The notes: a model not told the origin generated them from the letters alone. Shown: positions 1 to 12,198, numbered from the stretch's first letter. The stretch is 64,000 bases of DNA from an uncultured Acidimicrobiaceae bacterium (GCA_963706305.1 OY970152.1:1531777-1595776); one strand, 5' to 3'. Numbers and translations: made by a program.

Positions 1-22
1 CTATGAAAGAAGGTCTCACGAG

Positions 23-538
23 ATGACTGGAACGTCAATCTTCCTGCTGCCCAACGGCACGTTCTTCGTCGAGCTGCTGGTGGTCGCGATCATTTTGTTC
101 CTCATGACGAAGTACATCCTGCCGCCCCTCAACAAAGCATTGGAGGCGCGCCAGGAGAAGATTCGTTCTGCCCTCGCGGCGGCCGACGCCGCTCGCGCCG
201 AGGCAGCGGCGGCCGACGATGAGCGCGACAAGGTGCTCGCGCAGGCTCGTGATCAGGCCCGTGCCATCGTGGCCGGTGCCCAAGAGACTTCTGATCAGCT
301 GAAGGCCGAGGCGGCCGGGCGCGCGCAGGTTGAGTACGACCGCATTGTCGCCACCGCTCAAGGCGAGGTCGCCGCCGCGCGTCAGCACGCGATTGACGAG
401 GCGTCGGCGCGAATCGGTGAGATCGTCTTTGACCTCGTGTCAAAGATCGTCGAGCGCGAAGTCGACCAGAGCACTCACGACGACCTGGTACGTGAGGCGG
501 TCGCGGCGCTCAACGCTGAGGCACTGAAGGGTGCGTAG
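23..538 (+). CDS. atpF: F1Fo ATP synthase subunit b
   Basis: N-terminal TM helix (FFVELLVVAIILFLMTKYILPPL) followed by an Ala/Arg/Gln-rich coiled coil; first of the atpFHAGDC run. Confidence 0.93.
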   Translation: MTGTSIFLLPNGTFFVELLVVAIILFLMTKYILPPLNKALEARQEKIRSALAAADAARAEAAAADDERDKVLAQARDQARAIVAGAQETSDQLKAEAAGRAQVEYDRIVATAQGEVAAARQHAIDEASARIGEIVFDLVSKIVEREVDQSTHDDLVREAVAALNAEALKGA

Positions 539-544
539 CTGAGC

Positions 545-1456
545 ATGCTGCCCAAGCTTGAAGGATTCGCGTCCGCGATCTTCGACCGACTGGACCACGA
601 GGCCCTTTCGACCGTTGCCAGCGATCTCGACGCCTTCACGACCACGGTTCAGGCGCAAGACGAACTGAGCGCCGTTTTGACCGACACGTCGATCGGATCG
701 GTCGCCCGTGGTCAAGTGGTGAATGAACTGCTCTCGGGCAAGGTGAGCAGCGAAGCGCTTCGTCTCAGTGTGTACGCGGCGACCGTCGCCGCCGCGCAGG
801 AAGTGCCGCACGCCATCGACGACCTCGCGCACGCCGCGGCGACGCTGCGCGACACCGGCGCGTTTCACCATCCAGGGCTGGGCCTGCTGGCCGCTCGCCG
901 CCGCGTCGCTGGTTTCGCCGACGCCTTTCTCGATGAGATCGACACCGAGAACTTCTCGACGGTTGAAGATGATCTCTTTCGCTGGGCTCGCACCATAGAA
1001 GGCAACGAGGGGCTGCGTCAGCTGCTGCTCGACCGTGACGCGCCGCTCGAAGCGCGCCTTGGGCTCACAAACCAGCTCCTCGAGGGCAAAGTTGATCCGG
1101 TCTCGCTGGCCCTCGCGCAGTTCACGATCGTGGGCGGTCGTCCGCGCGACGTCGTGGGCACGCTCGACTACCTCGTCAACTACGTTGCCCATTCGCGTGA
1201 CTGGCGTGTGGCGCGCGTGCACACAGCGCGCGCGCTGAGCGCCGATAGTCAGCGCGTCCTTGTCGAATCACTCCAGGCGCTCACCGGCAAGAGCGTCGAA
1301 CTGCAGATCGCCGACGAGCCGTCCCTCTTGAGTGGCGTGCTGGTCGAGATCGGCGATCTGCGACTTGACGCCACCACTCGAGGACGCCTCGGCTCGTTAC
1401 GCGACGCCGTCGCGCCACGCCGCGTCCTCGAATCCGCCCTCCTACCAAACGAATAA
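545..1456 (+). CDS. atpH: ATP synthase subunit delta (long actinobacterial type)
   Basis: C-terminal OSCP motif (VELQIADEPSLLSGVLVEIGDLRLDATTRGRL); between atpF and atpA. Confidence 0.88.
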   Translation: MLPKLEGFASAIFDRLDHEALSTVASDLDAFTTTVQAQDELSAVLTDTSIGSVARGQVVNELLSGKVSSEALRLSVYAATVAAAQEVPHAIDDLAHAAATLRDTGAFHHPGLGLLAARRRVAGFADAFLDEIDTENFSTVEDDLFRWARTIEGNEGLRQLLLDRDAPLEARLGLTNQLLEGKVDPVSLALAQFTIVGGRPRDVVGTLDYLVNYVAHSRDWRVARVHTARALSADSQRVLVESLQALTGKSVELQIADEPSLLSGVLVEIGDLRLDATTRGRLGSLRDAVAPRRVLESALLPNE

Positions 1457-1471
1457 GAAAAGGAATATGTG

Positions 1472-2989
1472 ATGACTGAGCTCACCATTAGCGCCAGCGA
1501 GATCACTGAGGCACTGCGCAAGCATGTGACCGACTTCGACCCCGCCGTGGCGGCCGAGCAGGTCGGTCGCGTCGTCGAAGTTGGCGACGGCATCGCTCGA
1601 GTCTCGGGACTGCCTTCGGCGAAGGTCAACGAGCTCCTCGAGTTCGAAGACGGCACGATGGGACTCGCGATGAACCTCGACGAGGAGACCATCGGTGCGG
1701 TCGTGCTCGGTTCGGTCGACAGCATCGAAGAAGAGCAGGTCGTCCGCTCAACCGGCCGCATCCTGTCCGTGCCGGTCGGCGACGCGTTGCTCGGACGAGT
1801 CGTGAACGCCCTCGGTGAGCCCATCGACGGCAAGGGTCCGCTGGTGAACCCGGAGATTCGCCGCATGGAGATCCAGTCGCCCGGCATCATTGGCCGCCAG
1901 CCAGTCAGCCAGCCTCTCCAGACCGGCATCAAGGCCATCGACGCCATGGTGCCGATCGGCCGAGGTCAGCGCGAACTCATCATCGGTGACCGCAAGACCG
2001 GCAAGACAACGGTCGCGATCGACACCATCTTGAACCAGAAGGGTCAAGGGGTGAAGTGCATCTACGTCGCTATCGGACAGAAGAACTCCTCGGTCGCCCA
2101 GACCGTGAAGACCCTGGAGGACTTCGGCGCCCTCGAGTACACCGTCGTCGTCATTGCGGGCGCGGGCGACCCCGCACCGTTCAAGTACCTCGCTCCCTAC
2201 GCGGGATGTGCCATGGGCCAGCAGTGGATGGAAAGCGGCCAAGACGCGCTCATCGTGTACGACGACCTCTCGAAGCAGGCGGAGGCCTACCGTCAGATCT
2301 CGCTCTTGCTCCGACGTCCACCGGGCCGCGAGGCGTACCCCGGCGACGTGTTCTACCTCCACAGCCGCCTGCTCGAGCGCGCGGCCAAGCTGAGCGACGC
2401 GCTCGGAGGGGGTTCGCTGACTGCGCTGCCGATCATCGAAACCAAGGCCGGCGACATCTCGGCCTACATTCCCACGAACGTCATCTCGATCACCGACGGT
2501 CAGATCTTCTTGCAGTCCGACCTCTTCTACTCCGGTGTGCGTCCCGCGATCGATGTGGGTAACTCCGTGTCACGAGTCGGTGGCGCCGCTCAGATCAAAG
2601 CCATGCGCACGGTCGCGGGTACGCTCAAGATCGACCTCGCGCAGTTCCGTGACCTTGAGTCCTTCGCGACGTTCGGCTCCGAACTCGACAAATCGTCCCA
2701 GCAGCAGCTTGACCGCGGCTATCGCCTGACCGAGTTGCTGAAGCAGGGACTGAACGCGCCGATGCCGGTCGAAGAGCAGGTTGTCGTGATCTACGCGGGA
2801 ACGAGGGGCTACCTCGACTCGCTCCCCATCGAGGACGTCCAGCGCTTCCAAGCGGAGTTCCTGACGGACCTTCGCGCGAAGCACGCCGACATCTTGACGA
2901 GCATTCGCGAGACGAAGGCGCTCAACGACACCGAGCCGCTCGACAACGCGCTGACGTCGTTCCTTGGCACCTTTGCGACCAGTAACTAA
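1472..2989 (+). CDS. atpA: ATP synthase subunit alpha
   Basis: Walker [31 protein letters not shown]; ATG at 1472 (GTG at 1469 also possible). Confidence 0.98.
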   Translation: MTELTISASEITEALRKHVTDFDPAVAAEQVGRVVEVGDGIARVSGLPSAKVNELLEFEDGTMGLAMNLDEETIGAVVLGSVDSIEEEQVVRSTGRILSVPVGDALLGRVVNALGEPIDGKGPLVNPEIRRMEIQSPGIIGRQPVSQPLQTGIKAIDAMVPIGRGQRELIIGDRKTGKTTVAIDTILNQKGQGVKCIYVAIGQKNSSVAQTVKTLEDFGALEYTVVVIAGAGDPAPFKYLAPYAGCAMGQQWMESGQDALIVYDDLSKQAEAYRQISLLLRRPPGREAYPGDVFYLHSRLLERAAKLSDALGGGSLTALPIIETKAGDISAYIPTNVISITDGQIFLQSDLFYSGVRPAIDVGNSVSRVGGAAQIKAMRTVAGTLKIDLAQFRDLESFATFGSELDKSSQQQLDRGYRLTELLKQGLNAPMPVEEQVVVIYAGTRGYLDSLPIEDVQRFQAEFLTDLRAKHADILTSIRETKALNDTEPLDNALTSFLGTFATSN

Positions 2990-3018
2990 GTAGAAGACGG
3001 CGAGAGAAAGGAGGAATC

Positions 3019-5352
<2,334 letters not shown>

Positions 5353-5353
<1 letters not shown>

Positions 5354-5778
5354 TGGCGACGCTGAACGTTGAGATCGTGGCGCCCGAGGCGGCGCTGTGG
5401 ACGGGACCGGCGAACGCGCTCGTGGCGCGCTCATCGGAGGGCTTCTTCACGGTGCTCGCTCAGCACACCGCGATGGTCGGCGACCTGGTGTCGAGCGTCG
5501 TGCGCGTAGCTACCAACGAGGGCGAGATCGCCTTCGCCGTGCATTCGGGCTTCTTTCAGGTAAGCCCCGGACTCGAGCCCGAGACGACGCTCGCGACGGT
5601 GCTCGCGAGCGTGGCCGAGCGTACGACCGAGATCGACGTCGCTCGCGCTCAAGCCGCCAAGGAGAGGGCGCAGAACGATCTCGCCGCGGCCCAAAAGGCC
5701 GATGACGAAGACGCGGAGCGCGTCGCCGCGGGTTCGCTCGAGCGAGCCGAACTGAGACTGCTCGCGGCCGGTAAGTAG
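5353..5778 (+). CDS. atpC: ATP synthase subunit epsilon
   Basis: LNVEIVAPE start, H-x-A-M-V motif, AVHSGFFQV, C-terminal helical hairpin; last gene of operon. Confidence 0.92.
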
Positions 5779-5781
5779 TTA

Positions 5782-5809
5782 CGCCGTAGTTGGGTGAGCC
5801 ACCACGGCG
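5782..5809 (+). terminator. GC-rich hairpin after atpC (possible terminator / REP-like element)
   Basis: cgccgt...acggcg inverted repeat 4 nt after the atpC stop; no U-tract. Confidence 0.4.
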
Positions 5810-5904
5810 GCTGTCCAGCGAGAGCACTATCTTGAAGCGTTCGCTGTGGTTATCCCGACTCCCGACACGACTTCACTCTGCTAGCTCTTCAGACCCATTG
5901 CAGA

Positions 5905-5982
5905 TTAGTAATGGTGCTGTCGTCCTCCGACGGCGTGACCCATGGCTCCGAGAATCCAAAGAGCTAACCCAACGATCAGCGC
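5905..5982 (-). pseudogene. C-terminal remnant of a small DUF6131-like membrane protein
   Basis: Reads ALIVGLALWILGAMGHAVGGRQHHY*, matching the GHAVGGRRHYY ending of this actinobacterial small-protein family; no start codon or N-terminal helix upstream. Confidence 0.55.
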
Positions 5983-6004
5983 GTCCTCGACTTCTTGAGT
6001 TCCG

Positions 6005-7360
6005 CTACAACGATATTCCTCCGGTTGCGAAGAGTGCGATCGATGCCACGGCCATGAGGGCGAAGGTGAACCACCCGAGGGTGTTCGCAGCGCGACCGTT
6101 AACGTAGTCACCCATCAGACGTCGGCTATTCGAGATGACGAGGACGACGATCAATAGGGGGGCCGCGATGACACCGTTGATCACGGCCACGAACACCAAG
6201 AGTTTGATCGGGTTGGCATGCAACAGGCTGAACGCAGTGCCGCCTATCGTTCCGAGTCCGACGAGCGCATAGAACAGCGGAGCTTCGCGAACGGATCGAG
6301 AAAATCCCCAGTCTTTACCGGCCAGGCCCGATATCCCGACGGAGCCCGACGCTGCGAGTACTGGGACCGCCAAGAGTCCACTCCCAATGAAACCCAGGGC
6401 GAAGATGACACTGGCGAGGCGTCCCGCAAACGGTTTGAGAGAACTTGCAGCTTGTGCCGCGCTTTGGATGTTGGTGATGTGATGCACGTGGAGCGTTTCA
6501 GCCGTGGTCGCGATGATGGCGAACATGACGATGTTCGAAAACCCCATGCCAGAGAACACGTCGAGGCGACTCGTACGCAGTTTCAACCGTGCTCGAGCAC
6601 TGCTTCTCACGGCAAGCGGTTCTGGTCGCGACCCGCCCTCGGGAGCGTCGCGCATCTCCTCGAGTCGATTGGCGCTCTGCCAAAAGAAGAGATAAGGAGA
6701 GATCGTGGTGCCCAGTATGGCGACCAGCAGCGCAATATATGCCTTGTTCAATTGAATGTGAGGGTCGACGGTGTAGATGAGCACTCGAAGCCAGTCGTGG
6801 GTCACGATGATCGCGACGATGATGTACACCAAGAGTGCCGCCGCCAGCGCTCTGAAGGCGAGCTCGATATGGGCGAATGTTCCTTTCACAAGGAGGATCG
6901 AGATTGCCACACCGGCGAGCAGGGCCCACAGCCACGTTGGTCCCGCCTTCAGCAAGTTCATGCCAGAACCGATGGCTACGAGATCCGCCGCAATGTTCAA
7001 CGTATTGGCCACGATCAGTATGAGAAGGAGCAGACCAATGACCCACTTCCCCAGTCGACCAAAACGCTCCCGGGCAAGTTCGCCAAGGCCCGTGCCGGTA
7101 GCGAGTGCCGTTCGGTCGCATATCTCCTGTACAGCGGCCATCAACGGGAACGTCAAGAGCGCCGCCCACAAGAAGGACAGCCCGTACTTTGAACCCGCCT
7201 GGGCATAGGTGGCGATCCCCGAGGGATCGTCGTCTGAAGCTCCGGTAATCAGTCCCGGCCCAATGGCTCGCAGATACAAGCGGAATCGGACGCGTGGTTT
7301 AGAAGGACGTGCGTCTTTCTTGCCGGCGCCCAATTTCTTTTTGGTCGAACCAGTCACCAC
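6005..7360 (-). CDS. NRAMP-family divalent metal transporter
   Basis: GPGLITGASDDDPSGIATYAQAG (DPS variant of the DPGN motif), GTTISPYLFFWQS, about 11 hydrophobic segments. Confidence 0.88.
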   Translation of the reverse strand: MVTGSTKKKLGAGKKDARPSKPRVRFRLYLRAIGPGLITGASDDDPSGIATYAQAGSKYGLSFLWAALLTFPLMAAVQEICDRTALATGTGLGELARERFGRLGKWVIGLLLLILIVANTLNIAADLVAIGSGMNLLKAGPTWLWALLAGVAISILLVKGTFAHIELAFRALAAALLVYIIVAIIVTHDWLRVLIYTVDPHIQLNKAYIALLVAILGTTISPYLFFWQSANRLEEMRDAPEGGSRPEPLAVRSSARARLKLRTSRLDVFSGMGFSNIVMFAIIATTAETLHVHHITNIQSAAQAASSLKPFAGRLASVIFALGFIGSGLLAVPVLAASGSVGISGLAGKDWGFSRSVREAPLFYALVGLGTIGGTAFSLLHANPIKLLVFVAVINGVIAAPLLIVVLVISNSRRLMGDYVNGRAANTLGWFTFALMAVASIALFATGGISL

Positions 7361-7455
7361 TCAATAATTGCCACTGTTTCGACAAATTCGTGGACCGGTT
7401 GCGAAATCGTCATCGGACCCACGAATCAGCGCAATTGTTCGGGACCGCCGCATTC

Positions 7456-7686
7456 TCAACGTTCGCCTTCGCCCACCAGCCGATCCGTGACCAGAAACGC
7501 GACTCTTCTTGACGTTTCAGCAATCGGAATCATCTGAAGGGAAGAATCGTTGACGGCAGGAAACTGAACCTCCGAGACTGACCCGTCGCTCGCCGCTCGA
7601 CCGAATCCCACGAGATCCAGGATAAACGACGCGTCGTCGCCGAGGCTCTCAAATTCGTCGCCGAAAGGAGTCGAGGGCTCGCTCAC
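7456..7686 (-). CDS. Small acidic hypothetical protein (76 aa)
   Basis: ORF fills the gap between CBS and NRAMP genes, co-oriented, GTG start; no motif recognised. Confidence 0.35.
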   Translation of the reverse strand: MSEPSTPFGDEFESLGDDASFILDLVGFGRAASDGSVSEVQFPAVNDSSLQMIPIAETSRRVAFLVTDRLVGEGER

Positions 7687-7843
7687 TCCAATCGAACGAT
7701 CTCGTTGACGGTGTCTGAGTGCCCCGCCCGTTCGTTGGCAAGAGCCCCGACACCGCGACTGTGCTGTCTCACGTCGACTCCGTCCTACTAGGAAGGGAGC
7801 GGGGTCTGGGCGTCCTCACGCTCAAACTATCACGAGATGGCAG

Positions 7844-8275
7844 CTAACGCCCCGACACGTAGTCCAACAAGTCACGCTTGTCGTGCTCGAGCTCTTCGAG
7901 CCGAGCCTTCACGACGTCACCAATCGAGATCAGGCCGAGTAGACGATCGTCCTCGACAACAGGCACGTGGCGAAACCGCCGCTCCGTCATCGTGGTCATC
8001 AGCTCATTGAGATCAGTGGCCAAGGTGCACGTGACCACGTCGCGACTCATGAGGTCGGCAACCTTCTGGTCAAGTGCCTTTTCGCCGCTTGTCGCGAGGG
8101 CGCGCACGACGTCGCGCTCGGAGAACATCCCCACCAGCGGCGGGGTTGCACCGGTGACGACCAGTGCGCCGATGCCGCGCTCTTTGAGCAGGGCGACCGC
8201 GTCTTTGACGGTGCGCTCCTGTGAGATGGTCGACACTTCGCTGCCCTTTGATTCCAGTAGATGCGAGACTTTCAT
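7844..8275 (-). CDS. CBS-domain protein (tandem CBS pair)
   Basis: IGALVV...GMFSERDVV and FRHVPVV...GLISIGDVVK; ATG at 8275 with GAAGGAGG RBS. Confidence 0.92.
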   Translation of the reverse strand: MKVSHLLESKGSEVSTISQERTVKDAVALLKERGIGALVVTGATPPLVGMFSERDVVRALATSGEKALDQKVADLMSRDVVTCTLATDLNELMTTMTERRFRHVPVVEDDRLLGLISIGDVVKARLEELEHDKRDLLDYVSGR

Positions 8276-8289
8276 GGGCCCCTCCTTCA

Positions 8290-8324
8290 CGCCGTAGCGC
8301 CTGAGCCAAACGGCTCCTACGGCG
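8290..8324 (-). promoter_or_regulatory. Two-part hairpin immediately 5' of the CBS gene RBS
   Basis: cgccgtag/ctacggcg 8-bp stem plus gagcc/ggctc 5-bp inner stem, abutting the Shine-Dalgarno. Confidence 0.4.
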
Positions 8325-8391
8325 CAGACTAAGGCTGCGAAATCCAAAGCGCAACCAGCGACTTTGTGAAAAGTATCTTCTGAAGGCTCTC

Positions 8392-9381
8392 TTAAAATCC
8401 TGCGAGCGTGAATTCCTGCAACTTGTCGTGGCGATGGAAGGTTTCGATGGTGCGAAGCGTGCCCGAACGCGATCGTACGACGAGCGATTGGGTCGTGGCG
8501 CCGAACTCGTAGAAGCGAACACCTCGAAGAAAGTCACCGTCGGTGATCGCGGTTGCCGAGAAGAAACAGTTGTCGCTCGCGACGAGATCGTCGGTCGTGA
8601 GCACTCTGGTGAAGTCATAGCCAAGTGCCTCGGCCTCGCTGCGTTGTTCTTCACTATCTGCGTGCAGCACGCCTTGGATCTCACCACCCAGACCCTTTAA
8701 TGCCGCGGCGGCGATCACGCCCTCGGGAGTGCCACCGATGCCGAGGAGGATGTCCGCGCCGGAGTTGGGCCAGCCGGTAGCGATCGCACCCGCGACGTCA
8801 CCATCGGTGATCGACACGACGCGCGCGCCTGCCTCTCTCACCTCGGCGATGAGGTCGTCGTGGCGAGGCCGATCGAGGATGACGACACCCATCTCCTGGA
8901 CGGGCTTGTTGAGACGCTTGGACAGCTCGCGTAGGTTGTCCGTCGCTGATGCGTTTACGTCGACAGATCCTCGACCTCTCGGGCCGACGGCGATCTTCTT
9001 CATGTAGAACACTGGTCCGGGGTTGAACATGGTGCCACTCTCGGCGAGGGCGATCACGGCGAGCGCGCCGTTTCGACCCATGGCCGTGAGCCGCGTGCCG
9101 TCAATGGGATCGACCGCGACGTCGACGAGCGGGGGTTGTCCGTCGCCGATGCGCTCGCCGTTGTAGAGCATCGGTGCTTCGTCCTTCTCGCCTTCACCGA
9201 TGACGACGACGCCGTCCATGGTGACGCCACCAAGGACAAATCGCATGGCGTCAACGGCGGCCTTGTCGGCAGCGATCTTGTCACCGCGTCCCGACCACCG
9301 AGCAGCGGCAATCGCGGCTGCCTCAGTGACTCGCACGAGCTCGAGGGCGAGGTTGCGATCGGGCTTCAGCGGTCGTTGCAC
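8392..9381 (-). CDS. glpX: Fructose-1,6-bisphosphatase class II
   Basis: DRNLALELVRVTEAAA, GEGEKDEAPML, DPIDGT, DGDVAG, GIGGTPEGV. Confidence 0.97.
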   Translation of the reverse strand: MQRPLKPDRNLALELVRVTEAAAIAAARWSGRGDKIAADKAAVDAMRFVLGGVTMDGVVVIGEGEKDEAPMLYNGERIGDGQPPLVDVAVDPIDGTRLTAMGRNGALAVIALAESGTMFNPGPVFYMKKIAVGPRGRGSVDVNASATDNLRELSKRLNKPVQEMGVVILDRPRHDDLIAEVREAGARVVSITDGDVAGAIATGWPNSGADILLGIGGTPEGVIAAAALKGLGGEIQGVLHADSEEQRSEAEALGYDFTRVLTTDDLVASDNCFFSATAITDGDFLRGVRFYEFGATTQSLVVRSRSGTLRTIETFHRHDKLQEFTLAGF

Positions 9382-9458
9382 AGGCCAAGCGTAACCGGCG
9401 GCTTCGTGAGGCCGCCTCGGAATTTTGGCCCCTTCCGCCCAGCGGCAATACTTAGAAG

Positions 9459-10724
9459 GTGACTTCTCTCGTGGTAAAGCCCGCAGGAGCCCTCATGGGT
9501 GAGGCTCGGGCGTACGGGGCCAAGAACGCCGTATTAAAGCAGATGGCCGCCTGTCTTTTGGCTACCGGCGAACACCGTTTGACCAACGTTCCACGCATCA
9601 GTGACGTGGAGGTGATGGGTGAGCTGTTGATCGCGCTCGGCTGTCGTGTCTACGCGCCAAAGGAGCACGAGCTCTGCGTCGTCGTGCCCGAGGCCGATCA
9701 GTTGCACCCTGTCGCACCCGCTCATCTCTTCGAGTCGATGCGCGCGTCGATCGTCGTGCTCGGTCCCTTGCTCACGCGTTGCGGCGAGGCGAACATGGCG
9801 CTACCGGGTGGCGACGACTTCGGCCAACGACCGATCAACTTTCACACCGAAGGACTGAGCGCGATGGGCGCCACGTTTCGCAACGATCGCACGTCGATCC
9901 ACGCCACGTCGTCGTCACCCCGTTTGCGTGCGACGCGCATCACGCTCGAGTACCCGAGCCACACGGCGACCGACAACCTGTTGATGGCGGCGGTGCTCGC
10001 CGAGGGACGCACGATTATCGATAATGCCGCGCGCGAACCCGAAGTCGAAGACCTCGGACGCCAGCTCATTGCGATGGGTGCGCGCATCGAGGGGTTGGGC
10101 ACGTCGCTGCTCACGATTGATGGTGTTAACGAACTCGGTCCCTCTACGCACGACGTCGTCACCGACCGCGTGGTCTCGGCGACGTATCTCGCCTCGGGAC
10201 TCATCACCGGGGGCAGCGTGCGCGTCGTCGACGCACGACCGGATCACATGGTCATGTTGCTACGAAAGCTCGAAGCCATGGGCGCCGAGGTCGATCGCAC
10301 CGGGCTTGGCGTCGCCGTCAAGGCTCACGGGCGATTGCACTCGGTCGACATTGCGACGCTGCCGTATCCGGGCGTTGCGACTGACTACAAACCCATCTTG
10401 ACGACGACGCTGAGCGTGGCAGACGGCGTGTCGGTCGTCACAGAGAACCTGTTTGCGGGTCGATTCCGCTACGTCGACGAGCTCGTGCGACTCGGCGCGA
10501 ACATCACCACCGAGGGTCACCACGCGATGATTCGCGGCGTCGATCACTTGATCGGCACCTCGGTACGTGGCACCGACGTTCGCGCGACCGCCGCACTCGT
10601 GCTGGCTGGTCTCGTCGCCGACGGTGAGACGGCGGTGACGGGGCTTGAGCACATGGACCGCGGTTACGACGACTTCGTCGGACGCCTGAGTGCTCTGGGC
10701 GCGCACATCGAACGGTTTACGTGA
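9459..10724 (+). CDS. murA: UDP-N-acetylglucosamine 1-carboxyvinyltransferase
   Basis: GAKNA, MRAS, LPGGDDFGQRP active-site loop, NAAREPEV, HMDRGY. Confidence 0.96.
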   Translation: MTSLVVKPAGALMGEARAYGAKNAVLKQMAACLLATGEHRLTNVPRISDVEVMGELLIALGCRVYAPKEHELCVVVPEADQLHPVAPAHLFESMRASIVVLGPLLTRCGEANMALPGGDDFGQRPINFHTEGLSAMGATFRNDRTSIHATSSSPRLRATRITLEYPSHTATDNLLMAAVLAEGRTIIDNAAREPEVEDLGRQLIAMGARIEGLGTSLLTIDGVNELGPSTHDVVTDRVVSATYLASGLITGGSVRVVDARPDHMVMLLRKLEAMGAEVDRTGLGVAVKAHGRLHSVDIATLPYPGVATDYKPILTTTLSVADGVSVVTENLFAGRFRYVDELVRLGANITTEGHHAMIRGVDHLIGTSVRGTDVRATAALVLAGLVADGETAVTGLEHMDRGYDDFVGRLSALGAHIERFT

Positions 10725-11683
10725 TCGCACGCGAGCCTGACGTCCTGCTCGCCGAGGCCCGGGACGGGTCGCGCGGTGCACTCGCGCGTCTGTTGACGTA
10801 CGTCGAATCCGGGGGCGAGTTCCACCGCGACACCGTCGCACTGGCGTACGCAACGCCTGCGCCCTACGTCGTTGGTCTCACAGGTTCGCCCGGTGCGGGA
10901 AAGTCGACCATCACCGATCGACTCATCACGACCTCGCTCGAACGCGGAAAGGTTGGCGACGCGGAGAGCGTCGACCAAGTGGGCGTCCTCTGTGTCGATC
11001 CCACGTCACCGTTCTCTGGGGGCGCGATCTTGGGTGACCGTATTCGAATGCAGGATCACGCCACCAACGAGCGCGTGTTCATTCGTTCGATGGCGACGCG
11101 CGGACACCTGGGTGGGCTGTCGCTCGCTGTCCCCGACGCAGTTCGCGTGCTGGGTGCGGCAGGCTTTCCTTTCGTGATCGTCGAGACGGTAGGCGTGGGG
11201 CAGATGGAAGTTGAGATCGCCTCGGCAGCCGACACCACCATTGTCGTGACCAATCCCGGTTGGGGCGACTCCATGCAGGCGAACAAGGCGGGACTTCTCG
11301 AAGTCGCTGATCTCTTCGTCATCAACAAAGCGGACCGGCCCGGTGTGAAAGAGACCCGCCGGGACTTGGAACAGATGCTCGACCTGGGTCGAGAACGCGT
11401 GTGGCGGCCGCTGATCGTCGAGACGACGGCAACTGACGGCGCGGGGATCGACGAGCTGTTCGAGGCGATCGACCTGCACCGGCGTTTTCTTGATGACGAC
11501 CAGCTCGCCGCGACGAGACGCCGACGCGCGCGCGTCGAACTGGACAACGTCGTGGGCGTTCTCTTGCGTTCGAGAGTGTCAGAGCTCTCGCGCGGTGCCG
11601 CCTACGAAGAGCAGATCGAGGCGCTCATCGCAGGAACGACCGATCCCTACAGCGCGGCCGAGGGACTACTACTCGACTCATGA
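10721..11683 (+). CDS. meaB: MeaB/ArgK-family GTPase (methylmalonyl-CoA mutase chaperone)
   Basis: GSPGAGKST, VDPTSPFSGGAILGDRIRM, ETVGVGQ, INKAD. Confidence 0.92.
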   Translation: MIAREPDVLLAEARDGSRGALARLLTYVESGGEFHRDTVALAYATPAPYVVGLTGSPGAGKSTITDRLITTSLERGKVGDAESVDQVGVLCVDPTSPFSGGAILGDRIRMQDHATNERVFIRSMATRGHLGGLSLAVPDAVRVLGAAGFPFVIVETVGVGQMEVEIASAADTTIVVTNPGWGDSMQANKAGLLEVADLFVINKADRPGVKETRRDLEQMLDLGRERVWRPLIVETTATDGAGIDELFEAIDLHRRFLDDDQLAATRRRRARVELDNVVGVLLRSRVSELSRGAAYEEQIEALIAGTTDPYSAAEGLLLDS

Positions 11684-12132
11684 TCGCCACCTCGGTCACG
11701 TACGACTGGGTCTTCGTCGTCCACATCATTGGAGCCGTCGCCACGATCATCGTGTTCGTTGCGATGCGCCTCGCAGCCCTCGACGTCGCGCGGGGTGCCG
11801 ATGAGGCGACCCAGCGCTCGCGTTTTCCGGAGCGCAGGAACTGGGCAGCCCGAGTGATTCACGTCATGCCAGTGACCGGACTCATCATGTCGCTCAGCGG
11901 GGGCCCGTCCGTTGCTCCATCGCAACCGTGGGTGATCGTCGGGCTTCTTTGTTACATCGCCGCCGCGGGCCACCTCGAGGCGCGGACCCTGCCTGAAGAG
12001 CGAGCCCTCGCAGCGACGATTGCCCGAGACGGAGTCGCCACCCGTGATCAGGGGCGCAAGCTCGTTCGCTCCATCGACACCCTGCTCCTCATTGTGGCGA
12101 TCGCCTTCATCTCGATGCTTATTCAGTACTAA
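11680..12132 (+). CDS. Small 4-TM membrane protein (DUF2269-like)
   Basis: VHIIGAV in TM1, QPWVIVGLL, four hydrophobic segments; overlaps meaB stop (ATGA). Confidence 0.55.
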   Translation: MIATSVTYDWVFVVHIIGAVATIIVFVAMRLAALDVARGADEATQRSRFPERRNWAARVIHVMPVTGLIMSLSGGPSVAPSQPWVIVGLLCYIAAAGHLEARTLPEERALAATIARDGVATRDQGRKLVRSIDTLLLIVAIAFISMLIQY

Positions 12133-12165
12133 CAGCACTTCCCCGAGGAAATTGCCAGCCCTGTC

Positions 12166-12194
12166 TTGACAGGTGACACTGATGTACTTAGTAT
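12166..12194 (+). promoter_or_regulatory. Housekeeping sigma promoter of the ROK/alpha-glucan operon
   Basis: TTGACA (12166-12171), 17-nt spacer, TAGTAT (12189-12194). Confidence 0.75.
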
Positions 12195-12198
12195 CTTC

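Noticed and set aside
1-22. Possible last codons of atpE (cta tga)
   Set aside because: Too little sequence to support a call.
6218-7192. 324-aa ORF antisense to the NRAMP gene
   Set aside because: Arg-rich shadow ORF with no motif; the opposite strand encodes a clear transporter.
7361-7455. yybP-ykoY or M-box riboswitch upstream of the NRAMP gene
   Set aside because: Could not find the conserved cores by eye; an Infernal search would be needed.
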